Below are positions 23,017-33,031 of a stretch of DNA of 64,000 bases, piece after piece. The translations under genes and the position numbers were made by a program. The stretch's first letter is position 1. Every line of letters starts with the position of its first letter. The DNA is from an uncultured Rhodospirillaceae bacterium. GTDB taxonomy: Bacteria; Pseudomonadota; Alphaproteobacteria; Rhodospirillales; UBA2165. The stretch covers positions 25,851-89,850 of the forward strand of contig CAZMHI010000011.1 in assembly GCA_964566055.1 (NCBI GenBank), written 5' to 3'. The notes under the pieces are model-generated. The model was not told the origin of the DNA and searched no databases. It saw nothing but the letters and a program-made list of their open reading frames with translations.

Positions 23017-25275
23017 TTAAACCCAACGCGGCGTGTAGTCTTCAACCGCTTTATATTGCACGGGCATGGCTAAATCGTAGTCCAGTTCCTTGGCAGCATG
23101 GCGTGTCCAATAGGGGTCAAACAGATGCATACGCGCGATCACGCAGATATCGCCTCGACCGCTGGCGATAATCGAATTTGCATCGGCATAGGATTGAATA
23201 TTTCCGACAGTCATGGTCGGCATATCGGCTTCCAGTCTGATCCGATCAGAGAAAGGCAGCTGGAATAAACGGCCATATTCCGGCTCTTCCTCAGATACTA
23301 CCTGCCCCGAAGACACATCCAGAATGTCGCAGCCCGCCTTTTTGAATGCTTTAGCGATTTCAACGGCATCTTCCGCCGTAATACCGTTTTCGATCCAATC
23401 AGTCGCGGAAATACGAACCGAGATCGGTTTTTCATCCGGCCAGATAGCACGAATGGCGGCAAACACTTCCAGCGGATAGCGCAAGCGGTTTTCCACTGAG
23501 CCGCCATACTCATCTTCCCGGATATTGGTTTTAGGGGAAATAAAGGTGTTCAGCAGATAGCCATGCGCACAATGCAACTCAAGCATATCAAAACCGGCTT
23601 CCTGAGCGCGCCCGGCGGCAGTGACAAAATCATCCCGCACCTGATCCATATCATCTCGCGTCATTTCCCTGGGTGTCGGATTGTCGGCCGAGTAAGCAAT
23701 CGGTGAGGCTGCCATAATGGGCCAATCCCCCTTGGTTAAAGGCGCCATATCGCCACCTTCCCATTGCACATGGGTCGAAGCCTTGCGGCCGGCATGGCTG
23801 AGTTGCATGCCAATTTTGGTGTAAGAGTTCTGATGGATGTAATCAACAACGCGCTTCCAGGCCGCGACATGCTCATCCTTATAAATACCGGCACAACCGG
23901 GCGAAATCCGGCCTTCGGCACTGATCGCCGTACTCTCGGACATAATTAATCCGGCGCCACCCATGGCCCGGCTGCCGAGATGAACGAGATGAAAATCACC
24001 GATTAAGCCGTCTTCGGCTGAATACATGCACATCGGCGAGACCGCGATGCGGTTCTGCAACACCATTTCACGCAGTTTATAAGGTGTGAACATTGGTGGC
24101 GGCGCCTCTTTTTCACGCGCTACACCTGACTGTTCAGCCGCTTTATCAGCTACCCAGTTGTCAACTTGATCGACCAGCCCCTGATCCCGCAGACGGAGGT
24201 TCTCATGATTGATACGCAAGCTGCGGGTCAGCAATGAATAAGAAAACTGCAGCGGCTCCATATCATCGTGATAACGCTCAACGTTTTCAAACCACTCCAT
24301 ACTCACCTGGGCGGCACGTTGCAGCGAATCCACATCGGGCTCACGTTTTTCCTGAAAGGCCGGCAATGCCTTCGCAAAATCACCCGGATTTTCCTGGATG
24401 CTTTCATGCAGCGCCACAGCGTCTTCCATTGCCAGTTTGGTACCGGAGCCAATGGAGAAATGCGCGGTATGGAGCGCATCACCGAGCAGCACAATATTAT
24501 TATGATAATATTTGCCGTTTTTAACCCGGGGAAATGTGCGCCACACTGAGTTATTGGTGATCAGCTGGTCATCGCCCAATTCTTTTTCAAAAACCTTGGA
24601 GCAGTATGCAACGGTTTCCGGCTCAGTGGCATTTTCAAGACCGGCACGGCGCCAGGTATCTTCGGTCGTTTCAATAATAAAAGTCGAATTGCCGGGCATA
24701 TATTGATAGCAATGCGCCCGCCACAAACCATGCTCATTTTGATTAAAATAGAATGTGAACGTATCAAATGCCTTGGTTGAGCCGAGCCAGGTAAATTTAT
24801 TTGGCCGCATGACAACGTCAGCGGCAAATTCATCTACATGCTGGTCGCGAATAAACGAGGCGATGCCATCACCGGCGACAATTAAATCAGCATCCTGGTG
24901 GTCCTCAAGACTATCAACAATCACATCATGGATCATGGTGACGCCAAGCTCTTTCGCGCGCGCCTCTAAAATCTGCAGCAGCTTGAGGCGTTGCATACCC
25001 GCAAAGCCATGGCCGCCGGAAACTATTTTGTGGCCTTTGTGAAAAATATCGATTTCATCCCAATGGACAAAACTGTCGGTAATGGCTTTATAGGTCTCGA
25101 AATCGGCATCTTTAAAATTGTCCATCGTTTCATCTGAAAAGACGACGCCAAAACCCCAGGTGACATTATCCGGGTTCTGTTCGTAAACCGTAATATCCCA
25201 ATCCGGATTGGTCTTTTTAGCCAACAACGAAAAATAAAGCGACGCTGGACCGCCGCCAATACACGCGATTTTCAT
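23017..25275 (-). CDS. FAD-monooxygenase fused to an Old-Yellow-Enzyme-type FMN oxidoreductase (salicylyl-CoA 5-hydroxylase-like)
   Basis: 752 aa. N-terminal half has GxGxxG (IACIGGGPAS) and a GD motif (LLGDALHTAHFSIGSGT). C-terminal half is an OYE TIM barrel (VSPMCMY, ELHCAHGYLL). Confidence 0.75.
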   Translation of the reverse strand: MKIACIGGGPASLYFSLLAKKTNPDWDITVYEQNPDNVTWGFGVVFSDETMDNFKDADFETYKAITDSFVHWDEIDIFHKGHKIVSGGHGFAGMQRLKLLQILEARAKELGVTMIHDVIVDSLEDHQDADLIVAGDGIASFIRDQHVDEFAADVVMRPNKFTWLGSTKAFDTFTFYFNQNEHGLWRAHCYQYMPGNSTFIIETTEDTWRRAGLENATEPETVAYCSKVFEKELGDDQLITNNSVWRTFPRVKNGKYYHNNIVLLGDALHTAHFSIGSGTKLAMEDAVALHESIQENPGDFAKALPAFQEKREPDVDSLQRAAQVSMEWFENVERYHDDMEPLQFSYSLLTRSLRINHENLRLRDQGLVDQVDNWVADKAAEQSGVAREKEAPPPMFTPYKLREMVLQNRIAVSPMCMYSAEDGLIGDFHLVHLGSRAMGGAGLIMSESTAISAEGRISPGCAGIYKDEHVAAWKRVVDYIHQNSYTKIGMQLSHAGRKASTHVQWEGGDMAPLTKGDWPIMAASPIAYSADNPTPREMTRDDMDQVRDDFVTAAGRAQEAGFDMLELHCAHGYLLNTFISPKTNIREDEYGGSVENRLRYPLEVFAAIRAIWPDEKPISVRISATDWIENGITAEDAVEIAKAFKKAGCDILDVSSGQVVSEEEPEYGRLFQLPFSDRIRLEADMPTMTVGNIQSYADANSIIASGRGDICVIARMHLFDPYWTRHAAKELDYDLAMPVQYKAVEDYTPRWV

Positions 25276-25298
25276 CTACCGATTCCTATCTAAAACCA

Positions 25299-25316
25299 CT
25301 GGCAAAAGCTTGCCAG
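25299..25316. promoter_or_regulatory. Perfect 7-bp-arm palindrome CTGGCAA-AAGC-TTGCCAG in a divergent promoter region
   Basis: Read directly from the sequence. Lies 24 nt upstream of the 23017..25275 start codon. Confidence 0.3.
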
Positions 25317-25431
25317 AACAGTTCCCTTAGTTTAATAATTTTAATTAGTTTATCCTTAAACAGTTTAAGTCTAAACTAATTTTTAAAATCATTCAAGAGC
25401 GCAGTTTTTAAACACAGAGGAAGTCACGATC

Positions 25432-25824
25432 ATGGAAATTTTACAACCACCAGGCTGGCCCCGCCCCAAGGGATATAGCAACGGCATCAAAGTCACAGGC
25501 ACGATGGTTTTCATCGCCGGTCAAGTTGGCTGGAACGAGCAGGAAGAGTTTGAAACCGACAGTCTACCCGGCCAAGCGCGCCAAGCCTTGCAGAATATCC
25601 TGGCGATTATGACCGAAGGCGGCGCCAAGCCAGAACACATGACACGTATGACTTGGTATCTCGGTGACAAGGATGAATACAACGCCTCGCTCGGAGAATT
25701 GGGCAAAGTCTATCAGGAAGTCATGGGTAAAGTATTCCCTGTCATGACCGGCATTCAGGTCGCTGGATTTGTCGAAGAAGGCGCCAAGCTTGAGATTGAA
25801 GTAACCTGCGTTATTCCTGATTAA
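25432..25824 (+). CDS. RidA/YjgF family reactive-intermediate deaminase
   Basis: 130 aa. YjgF-family pattern (FIAGQVG..., ...EIEV). Confidence 0.8.
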   Translation: MEILQPPGWPRPKGYSNGIKVTGTMVFIAGQVGWNEQEEFETDSLPGQARQALQNILAIMTEGGAKPEHMTRMTWYLGDKDEYNASLGELGKVYQEVMGKVFPVMTGIQVAGFVEEGAKLEIEVTCVIPD

Positions 25825-25892
25825 GCAGTGTAACTAAACTTTTATCGTTCATTTACGCTGCCAAATTTGCAACACTGACTCCCAAATCATAA

Positions 25893-27086
<1,194 letters not shown>

Positions 27087-27109
27087 ATGTGTGATTATAG
27101 GAGACGACA

Positions 27110-27478
27110 ATGACTAAAATTCAACGGGGACCCGGCAATGTTCCGACCCGCCGCTGGGGCTCGGCCTATAAGGATTTGGTTTGGGCGATCGGCTTAAGCG
27201 ATGATTTCTCACTTTCCGCCGAAGATCAAGTTACCCGGGCCTACGACAACCTCGACAAAGTGCTGGCAGACCTAGGCACCGACAAAACCAAAATTTTGTC
27301 GGCGACCGTTATCCTTAACGATATCGAGAACAAGCCGATGGCCGATAAAGTCTGGGCGGATTGGATGAGCGATGATCCGGATCACTGGCCGGAACGCTCT
27401 TGTCATGGAGTTGACCTACATGCCGGTAATGAAATTGAGATCAGAGTTGTTGCCGTCAGAGACGATCCCGAGGCCTAA
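27110..27478 (+). CDS. RidA/YjgF-like family protein
   Basis: 122 aa. Size and C-terminal EIEIRVVA pattern fit the family, but similarity is weaker than for 25432..25824. Confidence 0.5.
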   Translation: MTKIQRGPGNVPTRRWGSAYKDLVWAIGLSDDFSLSAEDQVTRAYDNLDKVLADLGTDKTKILSATVILNDIENKPMADKVWADWMSDDPDHWPERSCHGVDLHAGNEIEIRVVAVRDDPEA

Positions 27479-27481
27479 TCT

Positions 27482-28606
27482 CTAAGTATTTCCCCAAACC
27501 TCACGAGCCGTCTCGACCACCAGTTCCAGCTTGGCCATTTGATCATCAAAAGCGATGATATTGCCGATGTCGAGGCTGGCAAAACCGCATTGCGGGCTCA
27601 AGCCCAGATGTTCCAAGGCGACATATTGCGCCGCTTCATCGATGCGCCGTTTGAGATCATCCTTGTTTTCGATCTCGCCAAATTTTGACGTCACCAAACC
27701 AAGAACAACGTTTTTATCATCCGGCATGACCTTCAACGGTTCAAAATCACCCGAACGGTCATCATCATATTCAAGAAACCAAGTATCAACATTCACCACC
27801 GGGAATATGGCTTCGGCCAAGCGCATATAACCACCGGACACAATCCAGGAACTTTGGGCATTGCCGCGGCAGAGGTGCATCGACAGATGAGTATCGGTGT
27901 GGCGATTTTCTATACACTGGTTCAGCACTTTGGCGTAGGTATGGATGAGCTGATCCGGGTCTTCACCGATATCACGCAAATTCTCCCGCGTGCGGCTATC
28001 GAGAAAATAAGTCAACACCGGATCATCAATCTGAATATAGCGGCAGCCCAACTCCTCCAAGGCGGCAATTTCAGCTTGATAAAAAGCCGCAATATCAGCC
28101 CAAAACTGATCCATATCGGGATAGGCCTCTTCGCTCACCTTGGGGCGGCCGCTGTGAAAATGAATGCGGGTCGGTGACGGGATGGTTATTTTCGGCGTTT
28201 TGGATGTGCAACCGGCAAGAAAAGTGTAATCCCGTTCCATAAGTGCGCGATCGTGATGGATTTTATCAACAGTTTCGACGATCAGGGGAATATAGCCTGA
28301 GCCTTCATCCTTACTGGTTTTAAATTCGGCATGAGTGTCAGGCTCGGAAATTTTGATGCCGTTGATCTGACTGATAAAATCGATCCACCAATTTTCCCGG
28401 CGGAATTCTCCATCCGTAATGGCCGGCAAGCCAACGTCTTCCTGGATACGAACAGCATCGCGAATGGCATCATCTTCCAAAGCCTGCAATTCGTCTCGGC
28501 TCAACTCGCCAGCCTTCCATTTCAGCCGGGCATCCAACAATTTTTTGGGGCGCAGCAGGCTGCCGACTTGGTCCGCATGATAGAAAGATTTGCCGCTGGT
28601 ACTCAT
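27482..28606 (-). CDS. Cobalamin-independent methionine synthase (MetE C-terminal domain)-like protein
   Basis: 374 aa. UROD/MetE-like barrel features (ITDGEFRR, IQIDDP, HLCRGN, SPQCGF). Confidence 0.7.
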   Translation of the reverse strand: MSTSGKSFYHADQVGSLLRPKKLLDARLKWKAGELSRDELQALEDDAIRDAVRIQEDVGLPAITDGEFRRENWWIDFISQINGIKISEPDTHAEFKTSKDEGSGYIPLIVETVDKIHHDRALMERDYTFLAGCTSKTPKITIPSPTRIHFHSGRPKVSEEAYPDMDQFWADIAAFYQAEIAALEELGCRYIQIDDPVLTYFLDSRTRENLRDIGEDPDQLIHTYAKVLNQCIENRHTDTHLSMHLCRGNAQSSWIVSGGYMRLAEAIFPVVNVDTWFLEYDDDRSGDFEPLKVMPDDKNVVLGLVTSKFGEIENKDDLKRRIDEAAQYVALEHLGLSPQCGFASLDIGNIIAFDDQMAKLELVVETAREVWGNT

Positions 28607-28639
28607 GTGATCCTACTCCTGATAGATTTAGTGCTGAGT

Positions 28640-29209
28640 TTAAATTTCTTCGACCCAATATTGAAACTGTAAACTCCGACTCAAAACTAGGTCTTCGATC
28701 TCAATTTGGAAATGATTGCCGGAAATGGCCTTAAGATCTGGCAGTCCGGTGCACAAGACTGCGCTGCCCACCGGGACATCATCGACCGGCAATTCAAGCC
28801 ATTCGCCGACAACTCCTTCTTGTATGATTGCCGCTGCACCCTCATTGACTGACGCCGCGCGCAGAATAAGCTGCCCTGCATGACCGGCAACATCGCTGAA
28901 CCGCCAGGCTTGGCGACACAGAGGTTTGACACATTCCAGCCGGCCAGGATTGCTCTCTGGATTGCCATTGTTCGAGGCGATGCTCAAAAGAGTTCCGGCC
29001 CCAGCCCCGATCATCGCCAGCGCGGCATCAGGCACAGAACTTGATCCTGCGACCTGAATTTCAACATCCGTGGTTAAGCGGTCAATCGGTACCGGAATAG
29101 AAGTGGTGCTTCCCTTTGCCGCAATCGTCAGATGATCGATCAAGACGTCAGGCGTAATGACATCATCCAAATTATGAACATGAGGCCGGTATATGAAGCT
29201 GCTTGCCAT
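28640..29209 (-). CDS. Hypothetical protein
   Basis: 189-aa ORF in an operon-like position between the isochorismatase and MetE-like genes. No motif I can name. Confidence 0.4.
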   Translation of the reverse strand: MASSFIYRPHVHNLDDVITPDVLIDHLTIAAKGSTTSIPVPIDRLTTDVEIQVAGSSSVPDAALAMIGAGAGTLLSIASNNGNPESNPGRLECVKPLCRQAWRFSDVAGHAGQLILRAASVNEGAAAIIQEGVVGEWLELPVDDVPVGSAVLCTGLPDLKAISGNHFQIEIEDLVLSRSLQFQYWVEEI

Positions 29210-29215
29210 TACATC

Positions 29216-29893
29216 TCAATCCGCCAGTAAATTTTCAATGCAATCATCAACACTGCGCACGTCGCCAAAGCTCTGCCAGATGGTCGTTAGGCCAACAATA
29301 TGATCCTCGTCATAACGAGCTGCATTGGCATCTGAGATCATGACCGTGCGATAGCCGATCATCATGGCATCGCGCGCTGTCGTTTCGCAGCAAAAATTCG
29401 TTGCCGTGCCGGCCACCAGGAGATTTTCAATTCCTTTCTCCTGCAAACGGTCATGCAGATCGGAAGAGCCTTGAACGAAGGCACTGAACCTGGATTTAAG
29501 CGAAATGATGTCTTCGTCTTTTATCACCAGATCGGAAAACATGGCATGACCCTCACTGCTTTTGGTTAAACCGTCCTTATGCGCTTTCATTTTTTCTGGC
29601 GTAAAAAAGTAGTCGTGATAGATCGGCCAAAGGCTGGGACCATCCATCTCATCGGCGACCGTCAATTGCACCCAGGCAACAACACCGCCTTTATCTCTCA
29701 CCGCATCAGCAAGTCTGTTGATATTGGGACAAATACTGATAGCGGTCTCAACCTCAGCGACAAAAAAGTTTTGCATATCGATGACCACCAACGCCGTCTT
29801 CTCCGGCTCAAAATGATCAAAGACATTTAATTTGCCGCGCTTTGCCATGATGCGTTCAATGACATAATCCGGCACCTCTACATTGTGTGGCAT
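29216..29893 (-). CDS. Isochorismatase-family cysteine hydrolase
   Basis: 225 aa. ALVVIDMQNFF and GTATNFCCETTARDA motifs. Confidence 0.8.
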   Translation of the reverse strand: MPHNVEVPDYVIERIMAKRGKLNVFDHFEPEKTALVVIDMQNFFVAEVETAISICPNINRLADAVRDKGGVVAWVQLTVADEMDGPSLWPIYHDYFFTPEKMKAHKDGLTKSSEGHAMFSDLVIKDEDIISLKSRFSAFVQGSSDLHDRLQEKGIENLLVAGTATNFCCETTARDAMMIGYRTVMISDANAARYDEDHIVGLTTIWQSFGDVRSVDDCIENLLAD

Positions 29894-29911
29894 TAAATAA
29901 TTCTCCCTAGG

Positions 29912-30913
29912 TCAATGCGCCGGCGTTTCCTGCCAGGCCATCATTCTAATTTCACCAAGCTCCCGCTGCATTTTTTGCCATGTCTCACCGCCATCTATTG
30001 AGCGATAAATCTGCCCCAAAATAGTATGACAAAATATGAGATTGGGATCAGACGGATTGGTGGCAATCCACCAGATCGTACTATTCACATGCCCAGGCAA
30101 TCCGGCGTCTTCCCAGGTTTCACCAAAATCCCGGCTCCGCAGCAGCAGCCCGGTTTCACCCGACGGCTTATCGCCAACCGATAAGAACATCACACCGGAA
30201 TCGTCAGCGCGCTTCTTGATACAGCGCATATAAAGCCAGGGTGCTTGGGGAATTTCATGGTGCTGCCAAGTGGCGCCATTATCAATACTGCGGTGAAGAC
30301 CCTCTTCGGTCGAACACCACATTTTACGGCCACCCTCGACATTATCGAAAAAGACCAGATTATGGGTATCGTCAGAAACCAGACCGTCGTTGCATTTTTC
30401 CCAGGTCTCACCGAGATCGGTGGTTTTAAACACACCATCGATTTCAATCGTTACCCAAACCGTTGCCTCTTCGACCGGATCAAATTGGATCGAGGTGATG
30501 CGCGGCGTATTGATGAACCAGCATTCTTTTGAATTACCGAGTTCGCATTTATTCCAGCTATCACCGCCATCGAGTGATCTAAATATTTCGGCTGGCCGGG
30601 TGCCGGCAAAAATAATGTCAGGATCGTTGGGGGCTTGAGTAATTTGCTGGATATGCAGCTCGTCCATCGGCGAGGCGACATAATTCCAGCGCGCATCTTG
30701 AGGCGCCCAGCGATAGACGCCTAGGTCTGTGCCGGATAATACTTCTCCCGGTCGGTCTGGGTGCACGGATACCGACCAGCACCTCGATTCGTTATAGATA
30801 CCCCCCGTTGGCGTAACCGCCCGGTTCCAGCTTTCGCCTAAATCATGACTGAACCAAACCGAGTGCCCTACCGTCGCGGCATAGGCAGTAATTTCCATAC
30901 TTTCCGATCCCAC
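29912..30913 (-). CDS. BNR/Asp-box repeat beta-propeller protein
   Basis: Six SxDxGxTW-type Asp-boxes (SHDLGESW, SLDGGDSW, TTDLGETW, SIDNGATW, SRDFGETW, SIDGGETW). Alternative ATG at 30898. Confidence 0.75.
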   Translation of the reverse strand: MGSESMEITAYAATVGHSVWFSHDLGESWNRAVTPTGGIYNESRCWSVSVHPDRPGEVLSGTDLGVYRWAPQDARWNYVASPMDELHIQQITQAPNDPDIIFAGTRPAEIFRSLDGGDSWNKCELGNSKECWFINTPRITSIQFDPVEEATVWVTIEIDGVFKTTDLGETWEKCNDGLVSDDTHNLVFFDNVEGGRKMWCSTEEGLHRSIDNGATWQHHEIPQAPWLYMRCIKKRADDSGVMFLSVGDKPSGETGLLLRSRDFGETWEDAGLPGHVNSTIWWIATNPSDPNLIFCHTILGQIYRSIDGGETWQKMQRELGEIRMMAWQETPAH

Positions 30914-31037
30914 ATTCCCTGTTGCCGTTAAATCTTAGCGTCAATCGGCGCTTAATCAATAGGGTGTGCAGAAATTGGTGCAAAGGCTCGCTACCACTAT
31001 TTAAGCAATTGAGCCCCACTGAGGGGATTAGTTTGGA

Positions 31038-31634
31038 TTACGGGGTGATGTATCGCTTGATGTCGGCGACGATATCTTTGGCGGTAATGCCGTGGGGGAA
31101 CAGGCTAAGGCCGCCGCCATTGGGTCCTATGAGCACAGTCGCCGCCGAATGATCGATAAGATATTCACCGGGCTCAGCATCTTGCGATACCGACCTACGG
31201 GACTGCATACGATATATTTTTGCCGCCGAAGCGACTTGTTGCTTGGTCCCGGTTAGGCCAATCAGCCGGGGATGAAAGTGTTTTACATACCTAGCCATGA
31301 CTTTGACCGTATCCCGCTTAGGATCAACGGTTACAAAAAGCGGCTGAATTTTGTCACCATCTTTGCCCAACATATCCACTGCCTCACTGACAATCTGCAA
31401 ATCAATTGGGCAGACGTCCGGACAATGGGTATAGCCGAAATAAACCAGCATATATTTGCCGAGAAAATCCCGGTCGGTCACAGTTTTGCCGGTGTGGGTG
31501 ACCAGCTCGAACGGGCCCCGATTACTGGCAAGCGAGGCGGTTTCTTTATTCTTTAATTTCGGCCCATGGGCGTCGGCATTGGTGCCGATAAAAAAGGCCG
31601 AGACCAAAAGTAGGAGGGCCGCCAGCTGTCTCAT
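31038..31634 (-). CDS. SCO1/SenC copper chaperone/thiol-disulfide oxidoreductase
   Basis: 198 aa with a signal/anchor and the CPDVCP motif in YFGYTHCPDVCP. The ATG overlaps the upstream stop (TAATG). Confidence 0.85.
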   Translation of the reverse strand: MRQLAALLLLVSAFFIGTNADAHGPKLKNKETASLASNRGPFELVTHTGKTVTDRDFLGKYMLVYFGYTHCPDVCPIDLQIVSEAVDMLGKDGDKIQPLFVTVDPKRDTVKVMARYVKHFHPRLIGLTGTKQQVASAAKIYRMQSRRSVSQDAEPGEYLIDHSAATVLIGPNGGGLSLFPHGITAKDIVADIKRYITP

Positions 31635-33031
31635 TACATCACCATTTCCTGGCGTTGATCTAACTCCGTCTCAAGGCGACCGTCAAGATAACGCCAAACG
31701 CCATCAGCTGTTTTGGCGGCCTGATCGACACAGACGGCGACTGACGGACCGCTGATGTAATTGCCGGTCAAAAATAGTCCTGGTACGCGATTATTTGCTT
31801 CCAACATTGTTTGAACCCGGTCATTGTGACCGATTTTGTATTGTGGTAATCCGCGGGGCCAATGGCGGACGCGGGTAACTACCGGCTCACCCGTTGCACC
31901 CACGAGATCTTTAAATTCAGCCCGCGCGATAGCCGTTAATTCATCAGCCGGCAATAGAGCAATTTCAGGGGCGCGGGCACCGCCAAAATAACCCGCCATT
32001 GAAACACAGTCTTCAGGTGCCCGGCCCGGGAACATGGTTGAATGAAACTGTGAGCCTGACATAGATAGTTTTTCACTTTCGGGCGCTAAGAACCCAAGTC
32101 CATCCAGTGGATGCTCGACATCTTTTCTTTTGTAGCCGAGATAAACCACAGCCAAAGGCGGTGCCTCGATCTCACTGGCGGCAAATGATGACCTGACATC
32201 AATATCTTCCAGTAAATCAGCGGCAACATGGGGTTGCGTTGCGACGACAATAGAGCGCGTTGAGATTTTGCCTTTATCTCCAGCATCGATACTGAAGCCT
32301 TGCGAGGATTTTGTAATACGTCTGACCGTAACACCTGTTTTGACACGATTACCAAGTGCCGCCGCCAGCGACTTTGGCAAAGAGCCAATGCCGTCTTTAA
32401 ATGAAAACAGCCGGCTTGAGGGCATGTTTTTAGCGCCTTGGCGGTGATGCTGAACCAAGCCTAAGGCAATCGAGCCATATTTTTGCTCTAACCCATGGAG
32501 TTTCGGAAAGCCCGCCTCAACCGACAATTCCCCTGCCCGGCCCGCATAAATTCCAGCAACCAGAGGATCGATAACTTTTTCAGCAAACTCTTTACCAAAG
32601 CGGCGGCCGGCAAATTCAGCAATGGTTTCTTCCGTCTCTTTCCGATTGCGGGGAATGGCGAATTCCGTCATCAGACGGAGGCGGCCTTTGAGGCTGAGAT
32701 AGTTCGAAAGCAAGAAACCAAGCGGGTGAACCGGGATGCCCTGCAGCGAACCTTTACCGACAAGATAACGGCTTTTAACTCCTTCACCGAGATCACACTT
32801 ATCCTCGCCAAGCTCGAGACGCCGCGTAATATCATTGGCGGCAATCGATTGAGCGTTAACAGTGCTCGGTCCATGCTCCATCAGGAATCCACCAATGCGT
32901 TCTGAGATTGCATTACCTCCGGCATGGACTTGACGTTCCAGCACCACAACATCCAAACCCCGCCCGGCAAGCTCATAAGCCGTGGCTAGGCCGGAAATAC
33001 CGCCGCCGATGATGGCTACATCATGCGTCAT
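31634..33031 (-). CDS. HemY-type protoporphyrinogen/coproporphyrinogen oxidase-like FAD oxidoreductase
   Basis: Starts at MTHDVAIIGGGISGLATAYEL (ATG 33031; the track ORF extends to 33154). GGNA...GFLMEHGPS and C-terminal FLTGNY..G.SV.. patterns resemble HemY. Confidence 0.6.
   Translation of the reverse strand: MTHDVAIIGGGISGLATAYELAGRGLDVVVLERQVHAGGNAISERIGGFLMEHGPSTVNAQSIAANDITRRLELGEDKCDLGEGVKSRYLVGKGSLQGIPVHPLGFLLSNYLSLKGRLRLMTEFAIPRNRKETEETIAEFAGRRFGKEFAEKVIDPLVAGIYAGRAGELSVEAGFPKLHGLEQKYGSIALGLVQHHRQGAKNMPSSRLFSFKDGIGSLPKSLAAALGNRVKTGVTVRRITKSSQGFSIDAGDKGKISTRSIVVATQPHVAADLLEDIDVRSSFAASEIEAPPLAVVYLGYKRKDVEHPLDGLGFLAPESEKLSMSGSQFHSTMFPGRAPEDCVSMAGYFGGARAPEIALLPADELTAIARAEFKDLVGATGEPVVTRVRHWPRGLPQYKIGHNDRVQTMLEANNRVPGLFLTGNYISGPSVAVCVDQAAKTADGVWRYLDGRLETELDQRQEMVM

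Noticed and set aside
30914-31037. Terminator after SCO1 closing the cluster
   Set aside because: There is only a 4-bp CCCC/GGGG stem without a T-run. This is too weak to call, so read-through into the BNR gene cannot be excluded.
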